Of a stretch of 64,000 bases of DNA, positions 13,471 to 24,067 are shown one piece after another. The stretch lies in the NCBI GenBank assembly GCA_023151185.1, contig JAKLJL010000001.1, forward strand, positions 359,306 to 423,305, written 5' to 3'. The stretch is from Bacteroidota bacterium. Lineage in GTDB: Bacteria; Bacteroidota; JABWAT01. Made by a program: the position numbers and the translations under genes. How positions within the stretch are numbered: position 1 is the first letter of the stretch; every line of letters begins with the position of its first letter. Below the pieces are notes generated by a model. That model saw nothing but the letters and a program-made list of their open reading frames with translations. It did not search any database and was not told the origin of the DNA.

Positions 13471-14198
13471 TACCAGCACACTCCTGCAGTCAGTTCATGG
13501 TGAAGGAGGGAAATCCGGCCATCTTCCCGGTCCAGATTCCATCGCTGAACACCAGAGCAGGCGGTAACCGACAGTCCGGCCCAGCCAAAAACCTCCGGGA
13601 TTCTGAACCGGATTAATCCGGAAGCTCTGAACTGGCTTCCGAGTCCGTCGTTAAAGGAAGAAAGCCCAAATCCGGCACCGGCAAGAAGGCTGAAATCAAC
13701 CAGAATCAGTTTTCTCTGGAAAGAACAGGAATAACCGGTTTGCAACCCAGCAGAAGTTCCGTAGAAGGAGTTTTGTCCGGAACTGTCCGGTTTTTTCCAG
13801 CTTAGAATATCACTAAAAATCATCAACGGAATTTTATGGGCCGGGTGGGTTGTTGAAAGGGTGAATTCTGCAATTTTCTGGCTTAACTGGCCAAACTGCC
13901 AGGATCCGGTAGCATCAGGATTTTTAAGTTTTCCGTACGAGTACCGAATGCCGAGATTTTCAGACTGGTAGACCACAACCGGACTCTGGATCCGGCCGGT
14001 GAGAGTTTTAACACCTGGAGTTTCTGAAAAGCCGCTGATCGATCCGGCAGTTACCCCTGCTTCGAAGGACGCGGTAACTTCCTGAGAGGAACGGGTCCCC
14101 GAAAAAATCTGGGCCGGAGAAGAAAATGGGGGAATCAGGGCGAAAAACACAGGCAGGAACAGAAAAAATGCCTTAACGATAAAGGTATTTGGGTTCAT
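13470..14198 (-). CDS. Hypothetical exported or outer-membrane beta-rich protein
   Basis: Signal-like N-terminus, alternating beta-strand pattern, terminal Trp. Confidence 0.55.
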   Translation of the reverse strand: MNPNTFIVKAFFLFLPVFFALIPPFSSPAQIFSGTRSSQEVTASFEAGVTAGSISGFSETPGVKTLTGRIQSPVVVYQSENLGIRYSYGKLKNPDATGSWQFGQLSQKIAEFTLSTTHPAHKIPLMIFSDILSWKKPDSSGQNSFYGTSAGLQTGYSCSFQRKLILVDFSLLAGAGFGLSSFNDGLGSQFRASGLIRFRIPEVFGWAGLSVTACSGVQRWNLDREDGRISLLHHELTAGVCW

Positions 14199-14293
14199 TT
14201 AAATTAAATTGTAAATGGTTAATAAAATTTGTATCTTAAAATACCTATTTTCTTTTCTAATTTCTAATTGAAGGTCAAGGACAGGTAAACTGT

Positions 14294-15163
14294 ATGCCGT
14301 TAAAAATCTCTCAGGACTACCTGGAAAAACTTCGGGATCAAAGCTTCAGAAGAACGAAGGCTCTTTCCATTAAGACGGATCAGGATGCTGTGGATTTCAT
14401 TTCCAGTGTCGGATTCTGTTTCGCCTTCAAAGCCGAACTGTCTGAACTGCCTTCCATCTGGAATGCTGTTAAAGGAGAACGCCGTCCTGAAATCCCCACC
14501 AGTATCAATCAGGACCCTGATGTCACCTTTACCTGGGCACTGAAAGATAAATTACCCCAGAACCGGAAAGCCTTTTACGGTAAATTCCTGAAGAAACAGC
14601 CAACTTTTATTTCGGTTGACTACATTCCTTATTTTTTTGTTCTGAATGCCAATGTTGGCTCTGCCGACAGTTCCTGGGAAAATTTCGTTCACAAACATAT
14701 TTCCGAAGCAGAAAAACGGGTTCTTGATACCATTCTTGAAGACCATCCGATTACGACAATTGAACTGAGACGGAAAATGGAAATGACCGGGAAATACATC
14801 CGTCCGGTTTTTGACAAATCGCTTCAGGAGCTGGAACGGAAGATGTACATCATGGAAGTTGGCCGGCAGGACCATCCTTTTACCCCCATCTGGGATATGG
14901 TTGTTTCCCACTTCCCCGGGTTAAATGACAAAATCAATTCGCTGACTGAAGATGATGCCCGGGAACGGATTCTGGAGAAATATTTCCAGGTTCAGGTGAT
15001 TTCCAATGAAAAAAGGATTCAGGCTCTGTTCAACTGGCAGCCAAAAGACATTGACAATGCCCTTGAAAACCTCAGAAAGCAGGGACAACTGGTTCCGATT
15101 TCTCTGGTTGCCTCACGTGGCCGGTGGCTGGCTCATCACACCGTACAGGATTTATTGAAGTGA
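14294..15163 (+). CDS. AlkZ/YcaQ-related winged-helix protein (crosslink-repair glycosylase-like)
   Basis: FISSVGFCF...LPSIW...WALKDKL...FYGKFLKKQPTFIS pattern plus wHTH segments. Confidence 0.6.
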   Translation: MPLKISQDYLEKLRDQSFRRTKALSIKTDQDAVDFISSVGFCFAFKAELSELPSIWNAVKGERRPEIPTSINQDPDVTFTWALKDKLPQNRKAFYGKFLKKQPTFISVDYIPYFFVLNANVGSADSSWENFVHKHISEAEKRVLDTILEDHPITTIELRRKMEMTGKYIRPVFDKSLQELERKMYIMEVGRQDHPFTPIWDMVVSHFPGLNDKINSLTEDDARERILEKYFQVQVISNEKRIQALFNWQPKDIDNALENLRKQGQLVPISLVASRGRWLAHHTVQDLLK

Positions 15164-15612
15164 GTTCACAACCGTCAGCCCTGCTGCCGGAGATTGCTGA
15201 CTACACCCACTCCCTGTCCCGGTCCTTCCCGATGACCGGGATTCCGGCGCAAACCTCTCCGGAAAATGACGGCCTTTTCAGACTGCTTCTGATCCTGAAA
15301 CTGACCGGCCGGGTACATACAGTTGCGGTAATATCTGCCTCTGATTCGGCACTGCGGGAGTTTCTTCAGGCCCACTTTATTCAAACCGCCCTTTCTGACG
15401 GTCCTGATCTGGTATTGGATATTTCTGAAGACCGGTCCGAACCCAGCCCTGAAAGTTTTTTTTCAAGGCTCAACCGGGGAACACTTGTTGTTCAGGGGCC
15501 CCTTACCGGGCAATCAGGAACCGGGCAAAACCAACGGTCTGCTTCCCCAGACGGATTCACTGGGTCTTTCCTTCCTGCCGGCCGTGGATTTTGGTTTGCA
15601 ATCAAAAATTAA
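15160..15612 (+). CDS. Hypothetical protein, possibly a degenerate O-methyltransferase
   Basis: GTGA overlap with the upstream stop. C-terminal FLPAGRGFWFAIK resembles O-methyltransferase ends, but no SAM-binding motif is visible. Confidence 0.4.
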   Translation: MSSQPSALLPEIADYTHSLSRSFPMTGIPAQTSPENDGLFRLLLILKLTGRVHTVAVISASDSALREFLQAHFIQTALSDGPDLVLDISEDRSEPSPESFFSRLNRGTLVVQGPLTGQSGTGQNQRSASPDGFTGSFLPAGRGFWFAIKN

Positions 15613-15630
15613 ACATCAACAGGACCAACC

Positions 15631-17646
15631 ATGAAAAAAACTTCTGCAGTATTTCTGTTCCTTCTTTTACCCGCCCTGCTTTTTGCTCAGGGCAGACCAT
15701 TGACTATTGACGATATGATGAAAATGAAACGTCTTGGTGGTTTTTCGGTCTCACCAGATGGAAAATCAGTTGTCTTTGCTGCCGGAGAGGTTCACTTTCA
15801 GGAAAACAAGGTGGTAAATGATTTATATCTGCTGACTATCGGAACCAAGGCTGTTCAACGCCTGACTGAAAATCAAAAAAGCAACTTCAGTCCCGTGTTC
15901 AGCCGGGACGGCAAATCCGTCTGGTTTGTTTCAACCCGGACAGGTGCTCCTCAGATTTTTAAACTGGAGACCGAAACCAGGCAGACTGAACAGGTTACTT
16001 CCTTTTTAATGGGGATTGGCGGATTTGTTCTTTCCGCTGATGAAAGCCGGATTGCTTTCGATTCTGAAGTCTATCCGGAAGAAACCACACCTGAAGGGAA
16101 TCTGGCACGGTCAGAGGCTGCTGATGCTTCGAAAGTCAAGGCACAGGTCATTTCAAAACTTCCCTACCGGTTCTGGACATCCTGGAAAAATGGAATGCGG
16201 AATCATGTCTGGATTTATGACCGGGAAAAGAAAACCTACACAGATGCGACGCCGGGTGATTTTGATACCCCGCCTTTTGACCTTGGCGGATCTCAGGATT
16301 ACCAGTTTTCGCAGGACGGAAAAAGCCTTTGGTTTGTGAGAAACCCAGACCGTCAGGTTGCCTGGTCTACAAATAATGATGTTTTTCTGGCTGATCTTGC
16401 TACCGGTGCTCTCCAGAATCTGACAGAAGCAAACAAGGCAAATGACATGAACCCGATGCCGTCACCTGATGGAAAATTCATCGCCTGGCTTTCGATGAAG
16501 AGACCGGGCTTTGAAGCGGATAAAATTGATATTCTGGTTAAAAACAGAGAAACCGGGGAAGTAAAAAACCTAACCGCCGGCCTGGACCGTTCAGTGGGTG
16601 AGGCAAAATGGTCGCCTGAAGAAGACGCCTTCTTTTTTACAGCAGGAAATCTGGGCTATAACTCACTTTATCAGGTCGGTGTTTCTTCCGGTTCTCCCAG
16701 ATTGATTCTGGATAAGGTTTCAACCGGTTCCTTTTCCTTTGCAGGACCCGGAAAAATAGTCTACTCTGCCAGCAGGAGCAATCTACCCTATGAACTCTTT
16801 CTGCTGGACTCTGCAACAGGAAAGTCAGAGCAGCTTACCTTTCTGAATCGGGAGATTCTGGCCGGGCTGGACCTTCCGGCGCCAAAGGAAATCTGGTATG
16901 AAGGTGCAAACGGGATAAAAAACCACGCCTTTGTTTTTCTTCCGCCGGCTTTTGATCCGAATAAAAAATACCCGCTTGTTTATTATGTTCATGGTGGGCC
17001 TCAGGGTGCCTGGGGGGATAGCTGGAGTTACCGCTGGAATCCGCAGGTGTGGGCTGCCCAAGGATTTATTCTGGTGGCTCCAAATCCGACCGGCTCAACA
17101 GGTTACGGGCAAAAATTTACTGATGACATTTCAGGAGACTGGGGTGGGGCTGTTTATACTGATCTGATCAAGGGATTGGATTATTCAATCCAAAACTTTC
17201 CGGTTGATACTACCCGTATGGCAGCAGCCGGGGCCAGTTATGGCGGCTACATGATGAACTGGTTTCAGGGCCATACCACCCGGTTTAAAACACTCATCAG
17301 TCATGCCGGTGTGTACAATCTTTCAACCATGTTCGGCACAACTGAGGAAGTATGGTTTCCGCTTTGGGAGTTCAGAGGAACACCCTGGACCAACCCGGAG
17401 ATGTACAAAAAATGGTCACCCTCCGAATATGTGAAGAATTTCAGGACCCCGACCCTCGTTATTCACGGTGCTCTCGATTTCAGGGTTCCCGAGTCGCAGG
17501 CTTTTGAATATTTCACTGCTCTTCAGTATCAGGGAGTGGAATCCAGGTTCCTGTACTTTCCGGATGAAGGGCACTGGATTTTAAAACCACAGAATTCGAA
17601 ATTCTGGCATGACACCATTTTTTCCTGGCTGAAGGAGAAACTTTGA
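15631..17646 (+). CDS. S9 family peptidase (DPP5/acylaminoacyl peptidase-like) with beta-propeller
   Basis: HGGPQG, GASYGG, DFRVP and DEGH catalytic motifs; signal peptide. Confidence 0.92.
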   Translation: MKKTSAVFLFLLLPALLFAQGRPLTIDDMMKMKRLGGFSVSPDGKSVVFAAGEVHFQENKVVNDLYLLTIGTKAVQRLTENQKSNFSPVFSRDGKSVWFVSTRTGAPQIFKLETETRQTEQVTSFLMGIGGFVLSADESRIAFDSEVYPEETTPEGNLARSEAADASKVKAQVISKLPYRFWTSWKNGMRNHVWIYDREKKTYTDATPGDFDTPPFDLGGSQDYQFSQDGKSLWFVRNPDRQVAWSTNNDVFLADLATGALQNLTEANKANDMNPMPSPDGKFIAWLSMKRPGFEADKIDILVKNRETGEVKNLTAGLDRSVGEAKWSPEEDAFFFTAGNLGYNSLYQVGVSSGSPRLILDKVSTGSFSFAGPGKIVYSASRSNLPYELFLLDSATGKSEQLTFLNREILAGLDLPAPKEIWYEGANGIKNHAFVFLPPAFDPNKKYPLVYYVHGGPQGAWGDSWSYRWNPQVWAAQGFILVAPNPTGSTGYGQKFTDDISGDWGGAVYTDLIKGLDYSIQNFPVDTTRMAAAGASYGGYMMNWFQGHTTRFKTLISHAGVYNLSTMFGTTEEVWFPLWEFRGTPWTNPEMYKKWSPSEYVKNFRTPTLVIHGALDFRVPESQAFEYFTALQYQGVESRFLYFPDEGHWILKPQNSKFWHDTIFSWLKEKL

Positions 17647-18659
17647 TCAAGCGGTTTGAATGGGGCATTTTCAGGTATTTAACTTTTGGACGGATCCTGA
17701 ATGCTGCCCTTGTTTTAACCTCGTACCAGATTTCCAGACTGATCAGAAGGCCGGTCGTGTGGGGCGGGCCCTGGTCAGTCTCACTTGAACCAACCAATCA
17801 CTGCAACCTGAAGTGCCCCGAGTGTCCTTCAGGGCTTGGTGAACTGACCCGGCCTTTGGGTCTTGTCCGGCCGGATGCATTCAAACTTTATGCCGGCTCC
17901 CTAAAAAAACATGCATTTTACGTTCAGTTGTTTTTCCAGGGGGAGCCGTTTGTTAATACCTACCTGCCTGAACTGATCCGGATTGCTCATCAAAGCCGTC
18001 TGTATGTGGCCATTTCAACCAATGGAATTTTACTGACGCCCGACCGGATTGAAGCTCTTTTAAAGGATCCACCCGATAAACTCATCTTCTCAATCGACGG
18101 TCTGGACGAGGAAACTTACCGGAATTATCGGATCGGGGGGACTTTTTCGGCCGCTTTTTCGGGACTATCCGAAATTATGAAACACAAAAAGGCGGGGAGG
18201 CTGCCCCATACTTTCGTGGAATTTCAGTTCATCGTTATGAAGCAGAATGAGCACCAGATTCCGGAGGTTCTTAAACTCGGGAAAAGGCTCGGGGTCAATA
18301 AAGTGACGTTGAAAACCATGCAGGTTTATTCAACTGCTTCTGCAGAGTATTTCCTTCCGCAAAATGAAAAATACCGCCGGTATAGCCTGGATGCTTCAGG
18401 TCTCAGAATCAAAGGTACGTTTAAAAATGACTGCTTTGCGCTTTGGCGGTCGGCGGTGATCACCTGGGATGGAAATGCCGTTCCGTGCTGTTTTGATAAA
18501 GATGCCCGCTTTGTCTTTGGAAATGTATCTCAAACCCCATTTCTGACTCTCTGGAAAAATTCCGCCTGGCAAACCTTCCGTCAGGACCTCATGATGGACA
18601 GAAGCCGGCTGGAAATGTGCCGAAACTGTACCGAAGGTGTCCGGATCAATATTGTCTGA
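17643..18659 (+). CDS. Radical SAM protein with SPASM/Twitch domain
   Basis: CNLKCPEC, GEP, and C-terminal C...CCFD...GN...CRNC. Confidence 0.9.
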   Translation: MIKRFEWGIFRYLTFGRILNAALVLTSYQISRLIRRPVVWGGPWSVSLEPTNHCNLKCPECPSGLGELTRPLGLVRPDAFKLYAGSLKKHAFYVQLFFQGEPFVNTYLPELIRIAHQSRLYVAISTNGILLTPDRIEALLKDPPDKLIFSIDGLDEETYRNYRIGGTFSAAFSGLSEIMKHKKAGRLPHTFVEFQFIVMKQNEHQIPEVLKLGKRLGVNKVTLKTMQVYSTASAEYFLPQNEKYRRYSLDASGLRIKGTFKNDCFALWRSAVITWDGNAVPCCFDKDARFVFGNVSQTPFLTLWKNSAWQTFRQDLMMDRSRLEMCRNCTEGVRINIV

Positions 18660-18822
18660 TCTGTGAAGTTAAAAAGTCATCCTGACTTTTCCTGCCTGAA
18701 ATTCTTATCTGCCTGATAAATCATTATCGAAAAAATAAAACTGCCGGATCTTGGCCGCAACCAGAACCGGTCTGGGAATGCAGTAAAATACACTTTTAGA
18801 AAAAGCCCTGTGTGTCCTGAAT

Positions 18823-18838
18823 TGGCACGGTTCCTGCA
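18823..18838 (+). promoter_or_regulatory. Putative sigma54 (-24/-12) promoter of the mannan operon
   Basis: TGGCACGGTTCCTGCA (GG-N10-GC), about 40 nt upstream of the GH5 start. Confidence 0.55.
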
Positions 18839-18879
18839 AGGAGCAAACCGTCGCAGTCACTTTACAGAAAGGCATCACC

Positions 18880-20391
18880 ATGACATACCGGGCTTGTTTT
18901 CGGGTCATTCCTGCGGTTTTTCTTTTATTTTCCCCGGGCTTGTTTGCTCAAACTTCTCAGATTTCTCCAAAACTTAAAAATTTCATTACGGTTCAGGTTG
19001 ACCGGTTGATGGACGGTGAAAAACCGTTCCGTTTTTTCGGTCTTGCTGCACCCAATATCCAGCAAAATGAATCCCAGATCAGAGCAGACCGGACGAACCG
19101 TTTTCCTGACGAGTTTGAAATCCGGGATATTTACAGCGGAATTCAGCGCACGGGCGGACTTGCTACCCGGACATTTTCTCTCTCTGTCTATTCTCCTGAT
19201 GATAACGGAATGCCGGTTTATATCCCGGCACGGCGAACCTACAATGAAGTGGCTTTTCAGTGTCTCGACCGGGTCATTGCTTTCGCCCATGAATATAACA
19301 TCCGGGTGATTATTCCCCTCATAGCCTCTCAATCCTTTGGCGGCATCCGGGGGGTTGATGAATTCTCAACTTTATCCGGCAAACCCAAAGGATCCTTCTG
19401 GACGGATGAAGAAGTCAAAGCGGATTTCCGGCATTTTCTCGATTATCTGCTCAACCGGAAAAATACAGTAAACGGACTTCTCTACAAAGACGATCCGGCC
19501 ATTTTGTGCTGGCAGCTTGGAAATGAATTTGGCAGTTATAGTGGTGACCGTGGACTGAACTGGGACGAATGGAGTCCGAAGATTCTGGCCTGGAGTCTTG
19601 AAATGGCAGCTTACATCAAAAAAGTGGATCCGAACCACCTGATTATGGAGGCAAATGGCGGTGACCGGAAAGCTTTGCTTGCAGATCCGAATATTGATCT
19701 GATCAGTGACCATCTGTATGAATACTGGAACCGGATGGGTGGAAGGCCATGGGAACTGGCCCCGATTGCCAAAGCATCCTGGGAAGAATGCAAAGGAAAG
19801 AAACCGCTTTTGATAGATGAGTTCGGACTTGCTTCCGTTGAAAATCAGCGTGAACTCATGAAAGTGATCAGAGAAACCGGAATTTCCGGCGGACTCATGT
19901 GGAGCATCAGAAGTCACCGCCGGGATGGCGGGTGGTATTACCACAACGAAGGCGGCACCCCCGTCAATTCGTTTCACGTTCCCGGATTTGCTGACGGAAC
20001 TTCCTTCGAAGCAACCCGGATTCTGGATATGCTCAGAAAAGAATCGTTCCTGATCAGAGGAATTGGACCTGAACCCATTTCAAAACCTGCACCGGCACCG
20101 GTTCTGTTTAAAAAGGACACTGGTTTTACGTGGAGAGGATCTGCCGGAGCCTCCTCCTACACCATTGAACGTGCAGAAAATCCCAAAGGACCCTGGAAAG
20201 TGCTTCGTTCCGGTTTGCATGATTCTGTGATCTGGGATGTGGCAAAATTTGAACCGTCACCCGAAGCTTCTGAACCTTTGATTCTGTACACTGATGAATC
20301 TGCAGAAAAAGGAAAACCGTACTGGTACCGCATTAAAGCAGTGAATGAAGCCGGTGAAACCGATTATTCTCCCGTTCTGGAGGTTAAGTAA
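18880..20391 (+). CDS. GH5 family endo-beta-mannanase-like glycoside hydrolase with FN3-like C-terminus
   Basis: YKDDPAILCWQLGNE acid/base motif, IDEFG nucleophile, signal peptide. Confidence 0.82.
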   Translation: MTYRACFRVIPAVFLLFSPGLFAQTSQISPKLKNFITVQVDRLMDGEKPFRFFGLAAPNIQQNESQIRADRTNRFPDEFEIRDIYSGIQRTGGLATRTFSLSVYSPDDNGMPVYIPARRTYNEVAFQCLDRVIAFAHEYNIRVIIPLIASQSFGGIRGVDEFSTLSGKPKGSFWTDEEVKADFRHFLDYLLNRKNTVNGLLYKDDPAILCWQLGNEFGSYSGDRGLNWDEWSPKILAWSLEMAAYIKKVDPNHLIMEANGGDRKALLADPNIDLISDHLYEYWNRMGGRPWELAPIAKASWEECKGKKPLLIDEFGLASVENQRELMKVIRETGISGGLMWSIRSHRRDGGWYYHNEGGTPVNSFHVPGFADGTSFEATRILDMLRKESFLIRGIGPEPISKPAPAPVLFKKDTGFTWRGSAGASSYTIERAENPKGPWKVLRSGLHDSVIWDVAKFEPSPEASEPLILYTDESAEKGKPYWYRIKAVNEAGETDYSPVLEVK

Positions 20392-21384
20392 GTGATGGCT
20401 TATTTACCCGACGAAAACCGTTACGATAAAATCAGGTATAACCGGACCGGGAAATCCGGACTGAAACTTCCGGCACTTTCACTGGGACTCTGGCATAATT
20501 TCGGTGGCGTTGATGTCTATGAAAATGCCAGAAAAATGGTTCACCGGTCGTTTGATCTGGGCATTACGCATTTTGATCTCGCCAATAATTACGGTCCGCC
20601 TCCCGGTTCTGCAGAGGAAACTTTCGGCCGGATTCTGAAGCAGGATTTGTTGCCTTACCGGGATGAACTCATCATTTCAACCAAGGCCGGTTACGACATG
20701 TGGCCGGGTCCGTATGGTAACTTCGGATCCCGGAAGTATCTGCTGGCCAGCCTGGATCAGAGTTTGGTGAGAATGGGATTGGATTATGTAGATATTTTTT
20801 ATTCCCACCGGCCTGATCCTGAAACTCCGCTCGAAGAAACCATGGGTGCACTGGATACGGCGGTCCGGTCGGGGAAAGCACTTTATGCGGGAATTTCGAA
20901 TTATCCGGCAGAGCAATCAAAAAAGGCAATTGCCATTCTGAAAGATCTGGGAACGCCCTGTCTGATCCATCAGGCCAAATATTCAATGTTTGAAAGATGG
21001 GTCGAAGGCGGACTTCTCGATGTTCTTGAAGAAACCGGCACCGGATGTATTGCCTTTTCCCCTCTTGCCCAGGGTCTTCTTACCACTAAATACCTGTCCG
21101 GCATTCCGGAAGATTCCCGTGCGGCCAAAAGTCACGGCGCACTTCAGGCAAGTCAGGTTTCTGCGGATAAAATCAGTAAAATCCACCGGCTCAATGAACT
21201 GGCCCTTCAGCGGAATCAAACTCTTGCGCAAATGGCCATTGCCTGGCTCCTGAAAGATCACCGGATTACTTCCGTTTTAATCGGGGCCAGTAAGGTTTCC
21301 CAGATTGAGGATTGTTTTGAAGCCTTGAAAAATCTGCAGTTTTCTCCGGTAGAACTGAACGTGATTGAACAGATTCTGTTGTGA
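20392..21384 (+). CDS. Aldo/keto reductase, L-glyceraldehyde-3-phosphate reductase (YghZ/Gpr-like)
   Basis: SLGLWHNFG, HFDLANNYGPPPGSAE, STKAGY and FSPLAQGLL motifs. Confidence 0.9.
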   Translation: MMAYLPDENRYDKIRYNRTGKSGLKLPALSLGLWHNFGGVDVYENARKMVHRSFDLGITHFDLANNYGPPPGSAEETFGRILKQDLLPYRDELIISTKAGYDMWPGPYGNFGSRKYLLASLDQSLVRMGLDYVDIFYSHRPDPETPLEETMGALDTAVRSGKALYAGISNYPAEQSKKAIAILKDLGTPCLIHQAKYSMFERWVEGGLLDVLEETGTGCIAFSPLAQGLLTTKYLSGIPEDSRAAKSHGALQASQVSADKISKIHRLNELALQRNQTLAQMAIAWLLKDHRITSVLIGASKVSQIEDCFEALKNLQFSPVELNVIEQILL

Positions 21385-22070
21385 AAGGAAATTCAATGAA
21401 ACCACTTTTTCTGCTCAGTTTGATGACGACCGTTACTTCGGGTTTTGCCCAGCTTCCGCCGGATTACAAAGGGAAACCGTTTCAGGATTCTGTTTATACC
21501 CGTGGTGCCCAGGTGATCCCGGGCCGGGTTGAACTGGCTTACTTCGATCTGGGCGGAGAAGGAATTGCCTATCACGACACCACTCCTGAAAATGAAGGTG
21601 CCAAACTGAATCACGAAGTTCATGACTACGGCAGTCACCATCGGCCTGGAATTCCCGCCTATCTGGCTTTTTTCCGTGAAAATGAAGGGGTTGACATTTC
21701 TTACACGAAGGACTGGGCCGACTTCAACCATCCGAATAAGGTCGATCCGGCTGTCAACCAGCTTTATATCGGCTGGGAATCTGACGGGGAATGGACGAAT
21801 TATACGGTGGATGTAAAAGTTCCGGGAAAATATAAACTCATCACCGTTTACGGAAACAGGGACAATCACTCCACGCTCTGGCTGAATAACCAAAAAGCGG
21901 TGGATCTGGTTTTACCCGAAGATACGGGAAACTGGCATTACTGGACTCAGGCAACTGTCGGGGAAATCACCTTTCCGAATACCGGACTCAATCTGCTGAC
22001 ATTAAAATACAATGCCGGATCCAACCTGGCCTACTTCGATTTTGTCCTGATTGAAGAACTGAAAAAGTAA
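21381..22070 (+). CDS. Exported CBM6-like carbohydrate-binding protein
   Basis: FDLGGEGIAYHD...GEWTNYTV...TGNWHYW; the same motif set as the CBM6 in the GH81 protein. Confidence 0.75.
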   Translation: MKGNSMKPLFLLSLMTTVTSGFAQLPPDYKGKPFQDSVYTRGAQVIPGRVELAYFDLGGEGIAYHDTTPENEGAKLNHEVHDYGSHHRPGIPAYLAFFRENEGVDISYTKDWADFNHPNKVDPAVNQLYIGWESDGEWTNYTVDVKVPGKYKLITVYGNRDNHSTLWLNNQKAVDLVLPEDTGNWHYWTQATVGEITFPNTGLNLLTLKYNAGSNLAYFDFVLIEELKK

Positions 22071-22090
22071 CATCAAAGAACGAGAAAACA

Positions 22091-24025
22091 ATGAAAGTCC
22101 AGGTCTTGTCTGGTATGCTCTTCCTGATTTCGTTTGCTGCACCGGCACAGCCCCCCGTCAACCCGAATGCAACCCCGGCTGCCATCAAACTGAAATCAAT
22201 GCTGGATTCCCTTTACGGTAAAAAGCTGATTTCGGGTCAGATGGATGAGGCTTACCTTCAGTATATTATTTCGGCTTCCGGTGGAAAATCTCCGGCCATT
22301 ATGGGATATGATTTCAACGGCATTTGTCCGTCTCAGGGCGGAAATAATGATGCTCAGAAAGCCATCAAATGGGTGAAGGAAAAAGGCGGTATTGCCCAGT
22401 TTCAATGGCACTGGATCTCTCCGGATGCCAACGGTGATTTCTACACCAAAAACTTCAAACTGAATCTGGCTTTAGCCGACACGAACGGTGCTTCCTACAA
22501 ACATATTATCCGGGATATTGATCTTGTTGCCGGTGAAATGAAAAAAATGCAGGATGCGGGAATTGCAGTGCTTTGGCGTCCGCTGCATGAGGCAGAAGGT
22601 GCCTGGTTCTGGTGGGGAATGGCAGGTGGCGAAGCCTGCAAAGAACTCTGGAACCTCATGTATAACCGGATTGTCAATCATCACAATATCAACAACCTGA
22701 TCTGGATCTGGAACAGTTACGGGACAACGAAGCAAAACTGGTATCCGGGAGACAGCACGGTCGACATTATCGCCTGGGATTATCCCGATTATTCAGCAAC
22801 CGGATCCTGGTATCAGTATAACAAACTCTTTGGCGGAAAAGGAAAATTGTTCGGCATTGCTGAAGACGGGAAGTTAACCGATCCGGCCATTTTTGCCAGT
22901 CAGCCCTGGTTATTTTTCATGACCTGGGCCTACATGATACAGGATCCGAAAGATCACAAAGACGGAAAAAATCCGAAAGACTGGATTTATAAAGTTTACA
23001 ATGACCCAAAAGTTCTGACCCTTGATGACCTGACACTGGGACCGAAAGCCTACGCCGGAACCAGTCAGCTTCTTTTTGATCTGGATGGAAACGGAACCGA
23101 ATCGGTTCAGCTTGACGGCAGCAACAGTTACACCGATACCGGTACCATCACCTCCTATGTCTGGACGGAAGGCGGAACCCGGATTGCAGAAGGACCCAAA
23201 CCCGTCGTTTCCTTTGGCATCGGAATCCACACCGTCACCTTAACCATAACCACCAGTACCGGTGCCACCAAAACTGCGGGTGTAATCTTCACCCTAAAAT
23301 CACCAAGTCTTTCGTTTAAAAAACCGGTCAGAGTCTCTTCAACTGAAGCCGGACTGGGGAACCTTGCCCCAAATGCCGTTGACGGAAACAGTGCCACCCG
23401 GTGGTCAAGTTTGTACGCCGATCCGCAATGGTTTTCAATCAATCTGAGAAAACGGTGTGATATCGAAAAAGTGGTCATCGCCTGGGAAGTGGCTTCCGCA
23501 AAATCGTACCGGATTGAGGAATCCAACGACAGTCTCACCTGGACGACTGTTAAATCCTTCACGAACCAGCCGGCAGGTGCCAGAACGGATGTTATTGATC
23601 AGCTTAAAGGTGGCGCACAGTGGATCAGAATGTATGGACTTCAGCGAAATACCAGCTACGGATATTCCATCTGGGAATTTGAAGTCTGGGGGAAGGAAAA
23701 TGCTCTGGCAGAGCCGGTTCCTGAAGGGCAGCAAACCGGACTGGGAAGTCTGGAAAAACCCAATGAATTCTCCCTTGGAAAAGCCTATCCGAATCCGTTC
23801 AATCCCGAAACGAGAATTCCGTTTTTTACACCTGAATCCGGGAAGGTGGATCTGAGAGTTTTCAATGTACTGGGTCAGGTGGTGTACACAGGGAGTCAAT
23901 TCCAAAATACCCCCGGCACCGGGCTGTTTACCTTTTCCGGCGAAAATCTTGCAAGCGGATTGTACACCTTTTCGCTTCAGTTCGGGAATCAGATGAAATC
24001 GGGGACGGTGGTGTTGATCAGGTAG
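22091..24025 (+). CDS. GH26 beta-mannanase with PKD, CBM32 (F5/8 type C) and T9SS-type C-terminal domain
   Basis: WRPLHEAEGAWFWWG; AVDGNSATRWSS; YSIWEFEV; AYPNPFNP tail. Confidence 0.9.
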   Translation: MKVQVLSGMLFLISFAAPAQPPVNPNATPAAIKLKSMLDSLYGKKLISGQMDEAYLQYIISASGGKSPAIMGYDFNGICPSQGGNNDAQKAIKWVKEKGGIAQFQWHWISPDANGDFYTKNFKLNLALADTNGASYKHIIRDIDLVAGEMKKMQDAGIAVLWRPLHEAEGAWFWWGMAGGEACKELWNLMYNRIVNHHNINNLIWIWNSYGTTKQNWYPGDSTVDIIAWDYPDYSATGSWYQYNKLFGGKGKLFGIAEDGKLTDPAIFASQPWLFFMTWAYMIQDPKDHKDGKNPKDWIYKVYNDPKVLTLDDLTLGPKAYAGTSQLLFDLDGNGTESVQLDGSNSYTDTGTITSYVWTEGGTRIAEGPKPVVSFGIGIHTVTLTITTSTGATKTAGVIFTLKSPSLSFKKPVRVSSTEAGLGNLAPNAVDGNSATRWSSLYADPQWFSINLRKRCDIEKVVIAWEVASAKSYRIEESNDSLTWTTVKSFTNQPAGARTDVIDQLKGGAQWIRMYGLQRNTSYGYSIWEFEVWGKENALAEPVPEGQQTGLGSLEKPNEFSLGKAYPNPFNPETRIPFFTPESGKVDLRVFNVLGQVVYTGSQFQNTPGTGLFTFSGENLASGLYTFSLQFGNQMKSGTVVLIR

Positions 24026-24067
24026 GCAGAAGGCAGAATACAGGAGACAGAAGACAGAAGGCAGAAG
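24025..24067 (+). repeat. Heptamer tandem repeat, about 6 x G(G/A)CAGAA
   Basis: ggcagaa ggcagaa tacagga gacagaa gacagaa ggcagaa. Confidence 0.7.

Noticed and set aside
15631-18659. RiPP cluster (S9 peptidase plus radical SAM/SPASM, overlapping stop/start)
   Set aside because: No precursor peptide, RRE domain or exporter seen. The peptidase is a secreted DPP5-like housekeeping type.
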